Positions 41,201 through 48,482 of a stretch of DNA of 64,000 bases are shown here, one piece after another. Both the position numbers and the translations under genes were made by a program. The stretch spans positions 21,835 through 85,834 of the forward strand of contig VGAL01000001.1 in the NCBI GenBank assembly GCA_016870715.1. Direction: 5' to 3'. Below the pieces are notes generated by a model. The model made no database searches. It was given only the letters and a program-made list of their open reading frames with translations, and was not told the origin of the DNA. The DNA is from Actinomycetota bacterium (GTDB taxonomy: Bacteria; Actinomycetota; Actinomycetes; Nanopelagicales; Nanopelagicaceae). Every line of letters starts with the position of its first letter. The stretch's first letter is position 1.

Positions 41201-41563
41201 ATTTCGCCACCCTGCAGGAGTAGCAAGGAGGGTTGCGCGTGGATATTTTCGCTCTACCTCCGCACCGCCCTTTGCCGGAGTTGTTCGAGCTGAACGAGTA
41301 AGTGAATGAGTGAGTAAACGAGTGAGTAATGGTGGAGCGATGAGAAAGTCGCTGCCAAGGATCGGTGCGATATTTGCCTTCGCACAGGCTTGGGTAAAAC
41401 GAATCGCACCAGCAAGGCCACCGAGTTCGGCGCGATCGGTAAGAGCAAGGGCTGACATCTCTAATTCGCTAGCGCGCGCAACGAGCGCTTCGGGAAGTGC
41501 GGTGCCATATTTGAAGGAGTAGCCACTGGCGCAATGGAGATGGGTAAAACGGGCACGGAGCAT
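38180..41563 (-). CDS. dnaE2: second DnaE-type C-family polymerase (error-prone DnaE2/ImuC-like)
   Basis: 1127 aa. PHP-like HLHCASGYSFKYG, catalytic LPDIDIDVESARR, GIFQIESPGQRE, GFCKAHAAAFA. Shorter than DnaE1. A LexA box lies upstream, with RBS GGGGAGGGAG before the ATG. Confidence 0.88.
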   Translation of the reverse strand: MLRARFTHLHCASGYSFKYGTALPEALVARASELEMSALALTDRAELGGLAGAIRFTQACAKANIAPILGSDFLIAPPLLTRLLTHSLTRSARTTPAKGGAEVERKYPRATLLATPAGWRNFVRLISATEEGLLTRENLSRYGKGLIFLLGPDSDVGRHIADNRADLAERALNEWSEYFPRDLITIEALSHRISGTGKWSTHHAGKMLLFGRMMKAPVILSNNVRMLHASDAPVADVLDAIRKLVPLSPRHTENKTDQAYLKSSAEMFQIAREIAASAGEKNEYELLATTDEWAQRCELSPTRDIGLGGVHLPEPQVVGLSSYNEMAQHLKARCEVRLTSRYSGERLQVATERLHQELQTVYSLGYEAYFLAVADIVDSARRSGIRVAARGSGAGSLICHLLGISGVDPLEHGLLMERFCSTLRTDLPDIDIDVESARRLEIYDQVFARYNPAGSWPHGPAQTTTVAMVETYRARHAIRDVGAALALPHEEIDTLAKSLPHIRAKNITNALRDLPELRHLSINGAMGKAITLAQQLDKLPRHLSMHPCAVILADSALLDRMPSQMGASGYPMSQWDKDDVESVGLLKLDILGVRMQSAIAHALSEIRRVDKKDIPLDEIALDDAKTFTLIRSTKTLGIFQIESPGQRELIGKFAPELFNDLIIDISLFRPGPVKSDMITPFLRARQGWSAPRLIHPSLYEILAETEGVVVFHEQVIRIIATIAGISLAEAESYRRILNEPERSIEFYPWFINRGCERGYPISVVEEVNDVLRAFASFGFCKAHAAAFALPTYQSAWLKTHYPAHFIAGLLTHDPGMYPKRLLLDEARQMGVGLLPLDINRSGSEYLVEEVNGSYGIRVALSDISGIDEHQMREIISGRPFIDCADFTYRARVSKPIVENLILLGAFDHLHPGINRRELLLHYKELDRWSAPSSDQMVLLFDDQQSSLIASGLPALTESEKVRHEVDLLGLDVSHHLIAFYRHFLTALGVVRAADLLTHRSRTPLLVAGVKVALQSPPVRSGRRVIFITLDDGTGCSDATFFENTQLHSGRTLYHSKLLLVHGTLRRTGSRGVSILAHCAWDLGELYSLWRESGDISVVRAQMDTLINMAINMATTTGEEKSASASSA

Positions 41564-41578
41564 CGCTCAACTCCCTCC

Positions 41579-41614
41579 CCAGTATTTCCAGTACTCCCAG
41601 TACTCCCAGTATTC
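41579..41614. repeat. 9-bp tandem repeat x4 (ccagtattt ccagtactc ccagtactc ccagtattc) in the dnaE2 leader
   Basis: Direct reading. The last unit forms the left flank of the LexA box. Each middle unit contains the palindrome AGTACT. Confidence 0.95.
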
Positions 41615-41631
41615 GAACAAATGTTCGAATA
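41610..41631. promoter_or_regulatory. LexA (SOS) box, actinobacterial/Gram-positive type
   Basis: TATTCGAAC-AAAT-GTTCGAATA has perfect 9-nt inverted arms and contains the TCGAAC-N4-GTTCGA consensus. It lies 47 nt upstream of the dnaE2 ATG and 45 nt upstream of the divergent ORF. Confidence 0.85.
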
Positions 41632-41675
41632 AGTACCCTAGCCGCCCCCTCAGACAGCGGGCAACCCCCTGGCTT

Positions 41676-43454
41676 ATGCTCTTGGGCATGAACCTTTTCC
41701 AGGGCGCCAGCAGGTGGCTGAGGGCGGGCCTGGCTGGCCTCGCAATCATTTCGATCACCATAACTAGCGCACCGAGCTCGCTCAGCGCCGAGCTCGAAGA
41801 TGAACTGATCAAGGTTCCGACGGAGACTTCAGTTCTCAACACCGGAGTGATGTTCCGGAATACTCAGGGTGGATTTATGGAGTCAGGGTTATTCGCCAGA
41901 TACCCGAATGATGCGCGAAATAACTTTCGTATCCGAACCTGCACCGATATGAAAGATCCTCTCTGCGATGATGCCACCTCGCTCTACTACAGCACCTTCT
42001 TGCCACTATGTTCAATTAGCACTTCCTTTGATTGCGTCGAGAAGTTCGTTGCCCGAATTGGCGATGGAAAAGAACTCACTGCAACTCTCGATACGATTCA
42101 ACCGTCACCATCGCTATCGCCATATAAAGCGGACGCCTCAAAGAATCTTGTCGGACCCGGACAGGCTTTAGTCTTCACGATTCCAGGGGCTGAACATCCC
42201 GGTGGCAATCGGTATCTGCTCTCAGTTGCGCTTAATGGCGCAACGCCAGAGGGGGCGCATAAACCCGGACAGGAGTACGGAAATTTTACTCCCTACAACA
42301 TCCAGATGTCCGTTGATGCAGTTGATTATGTGCCAGCAACTAAACCTGGTGAGTTTCAAAAAGGTCGCTGGTATTTCTATGAAGCAGAGCAGAATCTTGC
42401 ATTACAGAAGAACCCCTTCAGCACGTGCGCCGTCGAAGAAGATTCCTTTTGCATGAACAAGCGGGCCTTTCCGCAAGATATCCGCTTTCAAGTTGTACTA
42501 AGGCTCCGCTCCTCGACTAATGGTTGGCTCTATGGACGGGTGCAAAAACCTGACGTGTCTATCACTTCGATTCCTGGCGGTGAGCGATGGGATGTTTCCG
42601 CGGCACCCGTACGGATTCCACAAATTTGGGAATTTGTGCCGCTCTCACAAATGCCCAGCACTTTTGAAAAATGGAAATCTGAGAATTGGGAGGATGTCCC
42701 TGGCTCTCAATTACAAGATAGCTCGACCAGCCCACCATCACTTGTGCGAATACCGAACGCGCTTAACGTCGGCGGAGTGGATACTTCCATTAAATGGCTC
42801 AACTACTGGATGCCGATTACCGGAGATAAGGCGACCGCCACCCCTGGTATGTGGAGTATTCGTAACTTAGGGCCCTCTGAAATGAATAACGCGAGTAACT
42901 GTTACGACTCCAATAGTTACAAGGAGAAACGCGTTACAGGGATGGTCACAAGTAATGCAATGATCACCACCGCTGGTCCCCCGCTCTTTGATCAAAAGGA
43001 GCAGGCGCTCATCTACCAAGTGGCCGGACCACACTTTGAGCGAGATGGAAAGACCTTATTTCGTGGCACCTACGATCTCATCATGCGAAAAGATGTTGCT
43101 CGTTGCTTATATAAATTTACCGACGCACCAATCAAGGCGAGCATCTCAGTCGTTTCCGCGAATGGCGAGGAAATCGTTGAGACTGAACAAATTGCTGAGC
43201 GGAACGATGCAAGTGGTGAATGGATAACTTTGGGCAAGTATGGATTTACCTTCTCTTCCCCTAAATTAAAGGTAAGACTCACTCAAGAAAAGTCAGCTGA
43301 AACCAAAAATTCAGCCGCTGCCGCACAATCTGGCGCTGTAGTAAAACCAAAAATTCAGCCAAGCAAAAAATCTATAGTCTGCGTAAAAGGAAAGGTGCAA
43401 AAGATTGTCACCGGCGCGAAACCAAAATGTCCCACTGGTTTCCGCACCCGCTGA
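41676..43454 (+). CDS. secreted protein of unknown function
   Basis: 592 aa. Signal-peptide-like N-terminus (RWLRAGLAGLAIISITITSAPSSLSA|E), paired cysteines throughout, and a Lys-rich C-terminal C-x20-C tail (CVKGKVQKIVTGAKPKCPTGF). I recognise no family motif. The start may be ATG 41688. Confidence 0.7.
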   Translation: MLLGMNLFQGASRWLRAGLAGLAIISITITSAPSSLSAELEDELIKVPTETSVLNTGVMFRNTQGGFMESGLFARYPNDARNNFRIRTCTDMKDPLCDDATSLYYSTFLPLCSISTSFDCVEKFVARIGDGKELTATLDTIQPSPSLSPYKADASKNLVGPGQALVFTIPGAEHPGGNRYLLSVALNGATPEGAHKPGQEYGNFTPYNIQMSVDAVDYVPATKPGEFQKGRWYFYEAEQNLALQKNPFSTCAVEEDSFCMNKRAFPQDIRFQVVLRLRSSTNGWLYGRVQKPDVSITSIPGGERWDVSAAPVRIPQIWEFVPLSQMPSTFEKWKSENWEDVPGSQLQDSSTSPPSLVRIPNALNVGGVDTSIKWLNYWMPITGDKATATPGMWSIRNLGPSEMNNASNCYDSNSYKEKRVTGMVTSNAMITTAGPPLFDQKEQALIYQVAGPHFERDGKTLFRGTYDLIMRKDVARCLYKFTDAPIKASISVVSANGEEIVETEQIAERNDASGEWITLGKYGFTFSSPKLKVRLTQEKSAETKNSAAAAQSGAVVKPKIQPSKKSIVCVKGKVQKIVTGAKPKCPTGFRTR

Positions 43455-43465
43455 GATACTGTCCC

Positions 43466-43513
43466 TGTGAATATGAGTGTGCATATGAGTGTGAATATGA
43501 ATGTGAATATCGG
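43466..43513. repeat. 12-bp tandem repeat x4 (tgtgaatatgag / tgtgcatatgag / tgtgaatatgaa / tgtgaatatcgg)
   Basis: Direct reading. Spans the annotated 5' end of the SDR gene and supplies several in-frame GTG/ATG codons. Confidence 0.9.
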
Positions 43514-44261
43514 TGACCTCTCCGGCAAGAGCGCAGTAGTCACTGGAGCTAATCGAGGGATTGGCGCGGCTATCGCTCTGGGGTTAGCCAAGGCGGGCGC
43601 AGATATCGTCGCGACTAGTCGCCAGATGAGCGCGGCCGAAGAGATCGGGCGTGAAGTTACTGCGCTCGGACGAAAGTTCACCCCCATCGCCGCCGACTTA
43701 AGTGATCGAAAACAGAGCAGCGAATTCGCTAGCCGCGTCCTTGATCTTGTGCCCCGGGTCGACATTCTCATTAACAATGCAGGGATCACAGCGCGCTATC
43801 CGGCCGCAGAGATACCACTTGAAGAGTGGGATCGAGTGATGGAAGTCAATCTCAATTCGCAATTCATTCTTGCCCAAGGATTCGGTCGTCACATGATCGA
43901 CAATGGCGCCGGTCGTATCATCTTTATTGCATCCATCATGTCGTTCCAAGGTGGTTTGAAGATTCCCCCGTACGCCGCAAGTAAACATGCAATTATTGGA
44001 TTAACTAAAGCGCTCTCCAACGAGTGGTCTGCGCTAGGTGTAAATGTCAATGCAATTGCTCCGGGATATATAGCTACCGATCACAACACAGCCCTTCGCT
44101 CCGATCCGGTGCGAATGCCTGAAGTGAGCTCTCGGATTCCTATTGGTCGCTGGGGTGTTTCCGATGATGTAGTCGGAAGTGCGGTCTTTCTCTCCGGAAG
44201 CGGCGCTAACTACATCTCAGGATCAGTCATCACTGTAGATGGTGGCTGGATCGCTCGCTAA
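43467..44261 (+). CDS. short-chain dehydrogenase/reductase (KduD/FabG-like)
   Basis: VVTGANRGIGAA, NNAGI and YAASKHA (YxxxK). The true start may be any of the repeat-encoded codons, for example ATG 43497. Confidence 0.88.
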   Translation: MNMSVHMSVNMNVNIGDLSGKSAVVTGANRGIGAAIALGLAKAGADIVATSRQMSAAEEIGREVTALGRKFTPIAADLSDRKQSSEFASRVLDLVPRVDILINNAGITARYPAAEIPLEEWDRVMEVNLNSQFILAQGFGRHMIDNGAGRIIFIASIMSFQGGLKIPPYAASKHAIIGLTKALSNEWSALGVNVNAIAPGYIATDHNTALRSDPVRMPEVSSRIPIGRWGVSDDVVGSAVFLSGSGANYISGSVITVDGGWIAR

Positions 44262-44288
44262 CCCTTGAAACACGCAGATTTCTTAGAT

Positions 44289-44304
44289 AGTTGAAATTTC
44301 AACT
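44289..44304. promoter_or_regulatory. perfect 16-bp palindrome AGTTGAAATTTCAACT in the AT-rich SDR-doxX spacer
   Basis: Direct reading. Flanked by direct repeats tcttagata and tttagatat. Lies 51 nt upstream of the doxX ATG. Could be an operator or a weak AU-rich terminator hairpin. Confidence 0.5.
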
Positions 44305-44354
44305 TTATTTAGATATCTTTCTATGAGGAAATATCAGTCAATCTAAGGAGTTGC

Positions 44355-44771
44355 ATGGACATTGTATTAATCGTGGGGCGAATCCTCTTCGCTCTCATCT
44401 TCATCAATTCAGGCTTTGCACATTTCGCTAAACGTGAAGTGCTGACAGGGTATGCACAATTCAAGAAGGTGCCCGCGGCAAAACTCGCTGTTCCGCTCAC
44501 CGGACTCATGATCCTTCTTGGCGGATTATCGATTGTCCTAGGAATCTGGATGGACCTTGGCGCCCTTCTTCTTGCTATCTTCTTGGTCTTCTCTGCATTT
44601 ATGATGCATAACTTCTGGACTATGGACGATGCCACTCAGAAGATGAATGAGACCGTTGCATTTTTCAAGAATCTTTCCATGGCAGGTGCTGCACTCATCA
44701 TTCTCGCCGTTATCGCAAATGGTGGAGATCTCGGCGCAAACCTCGGAGATGTCTCACTCTTCAGGAATTAA
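44355..44771 (+). CDS. DoxX-family membrane protein
   Basis: 138 aa with four hydrophobic helices and GRILFALIFINSGFAHF. Preceded by AAGGAG. Confidence 0.85.
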   Translation: MDIVLIVGRILFALIFINSGFAHFAKREVLTGYAQFKKVPAAKLAVPLTGLMILLGGLSIVLGIWMDLGALLLAIFLVFSAFMMHNFWTMDDATQKMNETVAFFKNLSMAGAALIILAVIANGGDLGANLGDVSLFRN

Positions 44772-44795
44772 CGGAGAATTTCATTTCAAAAGAGT

Positions 44796-44822
44796 CGGCA
44801 GATTAAATCTGTCGGGTCTTTT
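44796..44822 (+). terminator. possible intrinsic terminator after doxX
   Basis: cggcagat-taa-atctgtcg (8-bp stem with one G-U) followed by ggtctttt. Confidence 0.35.
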
Positions 44823-44839
44823 GCGTTACCCTCATCCGT

Positions 44840-45598
44840 GTGTTCGAGTTAGCTAGCGCCGCGCTCCTCGGGGCGATCATGGGAACGGCTCTCGGCCTTG
44901 TCGGCACTGGTGGCGCCATTTTGGCTGTTCCAGCCCTTGTTTACCTCTTCGACTTCCCCGCCTTAGAAGCAACTACCGCCTCGCTCGTGATTGTGATCGC
45001 CGCAGCTCTGGTGAGCGCTCAAGCGCGGGCGAAAGCCGCACAAATCGATTATCGCCGCGCCTTAGTGCTCTGGGCGATTGGATTGGCCGGAAATGGGATC
45101 GGTGCCATCGCATCCCAGCGCGCTTCGGATTTCATATTGCTCTTTGGAATCTCACTCATCATCCTCGCTGCGTCGATCAGTATGTTCGTGCGCTCATTCC
45201 AAGGTGAGATAGTCGCAAAACATCGCCACCCCATTGCACTTCCGATACTCGGAACGCTCATTGGTTTCATTGCAGGTTTCTTCGGTGTCGGTGGCGCCTT
45301 CCTCGTTGTGCCCACGTTGATTCTCGCCTTTGGAGTCTCTGCCCACATAGCCGCAGGCACGGGGTTGATTGTCATGCTCCTTAATAGCTCCACGGCGCTC
45401 CTGGTTCGCTATGAGTTGTGGAACGATGTTCAGTGGAAGATTCCGCTGGTGATTCTTGTCAGCGCAGTAGTCGTGGCATGGGTAGCGGCTGAAAAGGGAA
45501 CCCGATTGAAATCGAAATCTCTCGAACGTGGATTTGCCGGGTTACTACTTGCAGTTGGTCTCTTTACCTTTATTGAGACAGTCTTTCTCTCCGCATAA
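44840..45598 (+). CDS. TauE/SafE-family anion exporter-like membrane protein
   Basis: 252 aa, about 8 TM segments with duplicated Gly-rich halves (GTGGAILAVPAL and GVGGAFLVVPTL). GTG start. Confidence 0.82.
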   Translation: MFELASAALLGAIMGTALGLVGTGGAILAVPALVYLFDFPALEATTASLVIVIAAALVSAQARAKAAQIDYRRALVLWAIGLAGNGIGAIASQRASDFILLFGISLIILAASISMFVRSFQGEIVAKHRHPIALPILGTLIGFIAGFFGVGGAFLVVPTLILAFGVSAHIAAGTGLIVMLLNSSTALLVRYELWNDVQWKIPLVILVSAVVVAWVAAEKGTRLKSKSLERGFAGLLLAVGLFTFIETVFLSA

Positions 45599-45618
45599 GG
45601 CGGAGTAACCTTCTGATC

Positions 45619-46107
45619 ATGAGTGAGCAAGTAGCAAAACACCCCAGCGTGATACGAGTCCAAGCGCGGCTTCACGAATTGGCCCTTCCCGGTGAAGTGC
45701 GCATCCTCTCTGACTCTGCCCGTAGCGCTAAAGAAGCTGCATCCGCTCTTGGTGTCGAGGTCGGCCAAATTTGTTCCTCGCTCATCTTTGCCAGCGCAGG
45801 AAAACCCATCTTGATTCTCACCTCAGGTCGCCATCGCGTCGACACCGAAAAGGTCGCCTCGGAACAGGGCATAGCAAAACTAGAGCGAGCAGATGCAGAT
45901 CTAGTGAAGAGCGCTACCGGCTTTGCAATTGGGGGCGTCGCCCCGATCGCTCATACCCACCCGATTACTACTTATTTAGATCTCGCCTTAAACGAGTACC
46001 CAGTTATCTGGGCGGCAGCCGGCCATCCACACGCCGTCTTCCCCACCACATTCGATGAACTTCTTCGCGTAACTGGTGCCACCCCGATTGCGGTGGCAAC
46101 AGAGTAA
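45619..46107 (+). CDS. YbaK/EbsC-family aminoacyl-tRNA deacylase domain protein
   Basis: 162 aa with overall YbaK-like sequence (KSLIF-type SSLIFAS, GFAIGGVAPI). Confidence 0.78.
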   Translation: MSEQVAKHPSVIRVQARLHELALPGEVRILSDSARSAKEAASALGVEVGQICSSLIFASAGKPILILTSGRHRVDTEKVASEQGIAKLERADADLVKSATGFAIGGVAPIAHTHPITTYLDLALNEYPVIWAAAGHPHAVFPTTFDELLRVTGATPIAVATE

Positions 46108-46129
46108 GAGAGTGCGAGAGAATCGTGAC

Positions 46130-46972
46130 ATGGCTGTGAAGTTCCAACGATTCTCGCAAGAGAGAGCTCAGGCGAAGAGTTCGCGCACTTCTAGTTCTTC
46201 TAGCACTTCCAGCTCTTCGGAAATACCTATTCTTCTTGTCCATGGGATGGGTTCTGCCGACACAGTCTGGAAGCCACTGATTCCCCACCTCCAAAATTTC
46301 AGTGAGGTCATCACCTGCCTACTTCCCGGACATGGCGGCAATCCACTCGATCCTCGGATGACGATGGATCCCTATTCGCTAGCCAAGCATCTGCAGGAAG
46401 AGATGGTGCGCGAGGGAATCGAGCGCGCACATGTCGTGGGTAACTCACTAGGTGGCTGGATAGTCCTTGAACTTGCCGGCCACTTCCCCGAGCGGACCAG
46501 CACTGTTACCGCACTTGCACCTGCAGGGCTCTGGTTACATCCTTTCTTCCTCAGAATCCCTGGCACCGATGCGGCAAAACGAATCGCAAATAGCACCAAC
46601 AACTTCGCACATATCGGATTACGACTTGGCGTCGCACAGCGGTTGGGTTTCTCTCGTGTCTCACCACGATGGAAAGAGATTAGTTACGAGACGATGCTCG
46701 ATGCCGCCAGAGCGATGGCACAATCTGATGGGTACTACCCGGCTTGGGATGCATTCCTCAACAAGCGCTTTGATACACCCATCAATAATGACATTCCCAT
46801 CACGGTGATCTTCGGTGATAAGGATCGCGCGCTACCAGCAAAGACCTGCCAAGAGCGCTCGCTTCTCCCAGCCCACGCTCGCTGGGTCACTCTCGAAAAC
46901 ACCGGCCATGCTCCGATGTGGGATAGCCCTGCTGAAGTCGCCACTGAAATCTCCAGGCATGTATTGGTATGA
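46130..46972 (+). CDS. alpha/beta-fold hydrolase
   Basis: HGMGSADTVW (oxyanion region), nucleophile elbow GNSLGGW, C-terminal GHAPMWD. I use the start at ATG 46130 (MAVKFQRF) rather than the ORF-track 46076. Confidence 0.85.
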   Translation: MAVKFQRFSQERAQAKSSRTSSSSSTSSSSEIPILLVHGMGSADTVWKPLIPHLQNFSEVITCLLPGHGGNPLDPRMTMDPYSLAKHLQEEMVREGIERAHVVGNSLGGWIVLELAGHFPERTSTVTALAPAGLWLHPFFLRIPGTDAAKRIANSTNNFAHIGLRLGVAQRLGFSRVSPRWKEISYETMLDAARAMAQSDGYYPAWDAFLNKRFDTPINNDIPITVIFGDKDRALPAKTCQERSLLPAHARWVTLENTGHAPMWDSPAEVATEISRHVLV

Positions 46973-47673
46973 ACATCACGATCTTTATTTGGAGAGTGCG
47001 CACTCGCTCCATTCCCTTCGCAATAGCGCGGATGGCTCTAGATCGCTTTGCGCTCCGTAAAGTTGCTGGCCTTACCTTCTTCAAACTCTTAGGAACTGGA
47101 AAGGGCGAAACCTTCACTCCCCGCGATGCGGACTTGCGACAGTGGGGTTTGCTTGTTGTGGGAAGCGAAGGGGCAATAACCGAGGTGAAGAGTTTGCCAC
47201 TAGTGCGCCGTTGGGCCGCTCGCGCAACCGAGAGCGCACATTTTGATTTGCAGACTCTCTCCTCACATGGCCAATGGGCTGGGCGCGAACCGTTCACAAC
47301 AGGAGATGAGAGTTCGGTGCGAAGCAAACCTGCTGGAGCAGTAGCGGCAATCACTCGAGCGCGAATCAAAGCTTCCAAAAACTTTCGATTCTGGCGAGCA
47401 GTACCCCCAGTTATCGAAGCGCTCGATAACGCACCTGGATTGATTGCGGCAATCGGTATTGGCGAGGCACCTATCGGCTTACAAGGAACATTCTCGCTCT
47501 GGAGCGATGCGCAATCGCTCCGGAACTTTGCCTACAAGAGCGATGCTCATCAAAAGGCCATCACCGCAACGAAGGAGATTGGTTGGTATAGCGAGGAGTT
47601 ATTCGCACGATTTTCTGTAGCGAGCGCTTCGGGCAGAGTTAATGGAATAGCAGTAGGCAATACGGCAGACTAA
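46969..47673 (+). CDS. CrtA-like (spheroidene monooxygenase / carotenoid 2-oxygenase family) protein
   Basis: 234 aa. ARMALDR...GLTFFKLLGTGKGETFTPRDADLRQWGLL resembles my recollection of CrtA-family N-termini. ATGA overlap with the upstream hydrolase. Carotenoid gene neighbourhood. Confidence 0.55.
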   Translation: MNITIFIWRVRTRSIPFAIARMALDRFALRKVAGLTFFKLLGTGKGETFTPRDADLRQWGLLVVGSEGAITEVKSLPLVRRWAARATESAHFDLQTLSSHGQWAGREPFTTGDESSVRSKPAGAVAAITRARIKASKNFRFWRAVPPVIEALDNAPGLIAAIGIGEAPIGLQGTFSLWSDAQSLRNFAYKSDAHQKAITATKEIGWYSEELFARFSVASASGRVNGIAVGNTAD

Positions 47674-47678
47674 CCACC

Positions 47679-48482
47679 GTGTCTATCCGCAATTACACCC
47701 CCAGGAAGCGTGAGCGACGTGGACCAAGTCGCATCGAGACTCTTCTACTCTGGGGCACGCTCGCGGTAGCCATCGCTTTTCAAATCTCTTACCCCTTATT
47801 AGAGGGTGAACCGCTCCGCTTGATCACCATTGGAACCGTCTATGCCGCAGCGTTAGCAACGCTCACCAATGCCTATCTCTCACATGGAAGCAGGTATGCG
47901 CTTGGATACTTTGCTATTACTTTCACCTTCGGTTTAGCAATCGAACATATTGGAATCACTACTGGCTGGCCCTTTGGAAGTTACAGTTACGATATTTCGC
48001 TGGGAGCATTCTTCTTTAGCATCCCGCTCGTCGTTCCCTTTGCCTGGATGATGCTTAGCCATCCGATCTTAATTGCAGCGCGTGCGCTCTCTCCCCGATG
48101 GACTGTTGTCATCGGTGGTTTTGGATTGATGGCATGGGACCTCTTCCTTGACCCGCAGATGGTCAGCGCCGGCCGTTGGAGATGGAACGACACCTCGCCC
48201 CATGTCCCCTTTCAACCCGAGATACCACTCTCCAACACCTTCGGTTGGTTCCTCTCAGGCATCATCCTGATGACGCTCTTACACACCTTGTTACCAAAGG
48301 AGCGACGCAAGAATGGAGTCAATACCAATGCCGGTGATGCCCTTCTTATCTGGACCTGGTTCTCGGGAGTTGTCGGGAATATTTTCTTCTTCTCTCGTCC
48401 AGGAGTTGCTTTTGTCGGCGGCTTAACCTTCGCCCTCTTTCTCTTCCCGTATCTCTTCAAGCGATGGATCAACCGTCAGTGA
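47679..48482 (+). CDS. cruF: carotenoid biosynthesis membrane protein, DUF422/CruF-like (carotenoid 1,2-hydratase)
   Basis: 267 aa, polytopic, with EHIGITTGWPFGSYSY and WDLFLDPQMV typical of CruF-type proteins. Confidence 0.65.
   Translation: MSIRNYTPRKRERRGPSRIETLLLWGTLAVAIAFQISYPLLEGEPLRLITIGTVYAAALATLTNAYLSHGSRYALGYFAITFTFGLAIEHIGITTGWPFGSYSYDISLGAFFFSIPLVVPFAWMMLSHPILIAARALSPRWTVVIGGFGLMAWDLFLDPQMVSAGRWRWNDTSPHVPFQPEIPLSNTFGWFLSGIILMTLLHTLLPKERRKNGVNTNAGDALLIWTWFSGVVGNIFFFSRPGVAFVGGLTFALFLFPYLFKRWINRQ

Noticed and set aside
41567-41842. 91-aa minus-strand ORF ending in EYWEYWEYWKYW
   Set aside because: An artefact of translating the 9-bp tandem repeats and the LexA-box spacer. It overlaps the signal-peptide region of the divergent 592-aa gene and runs through a regulatory region.
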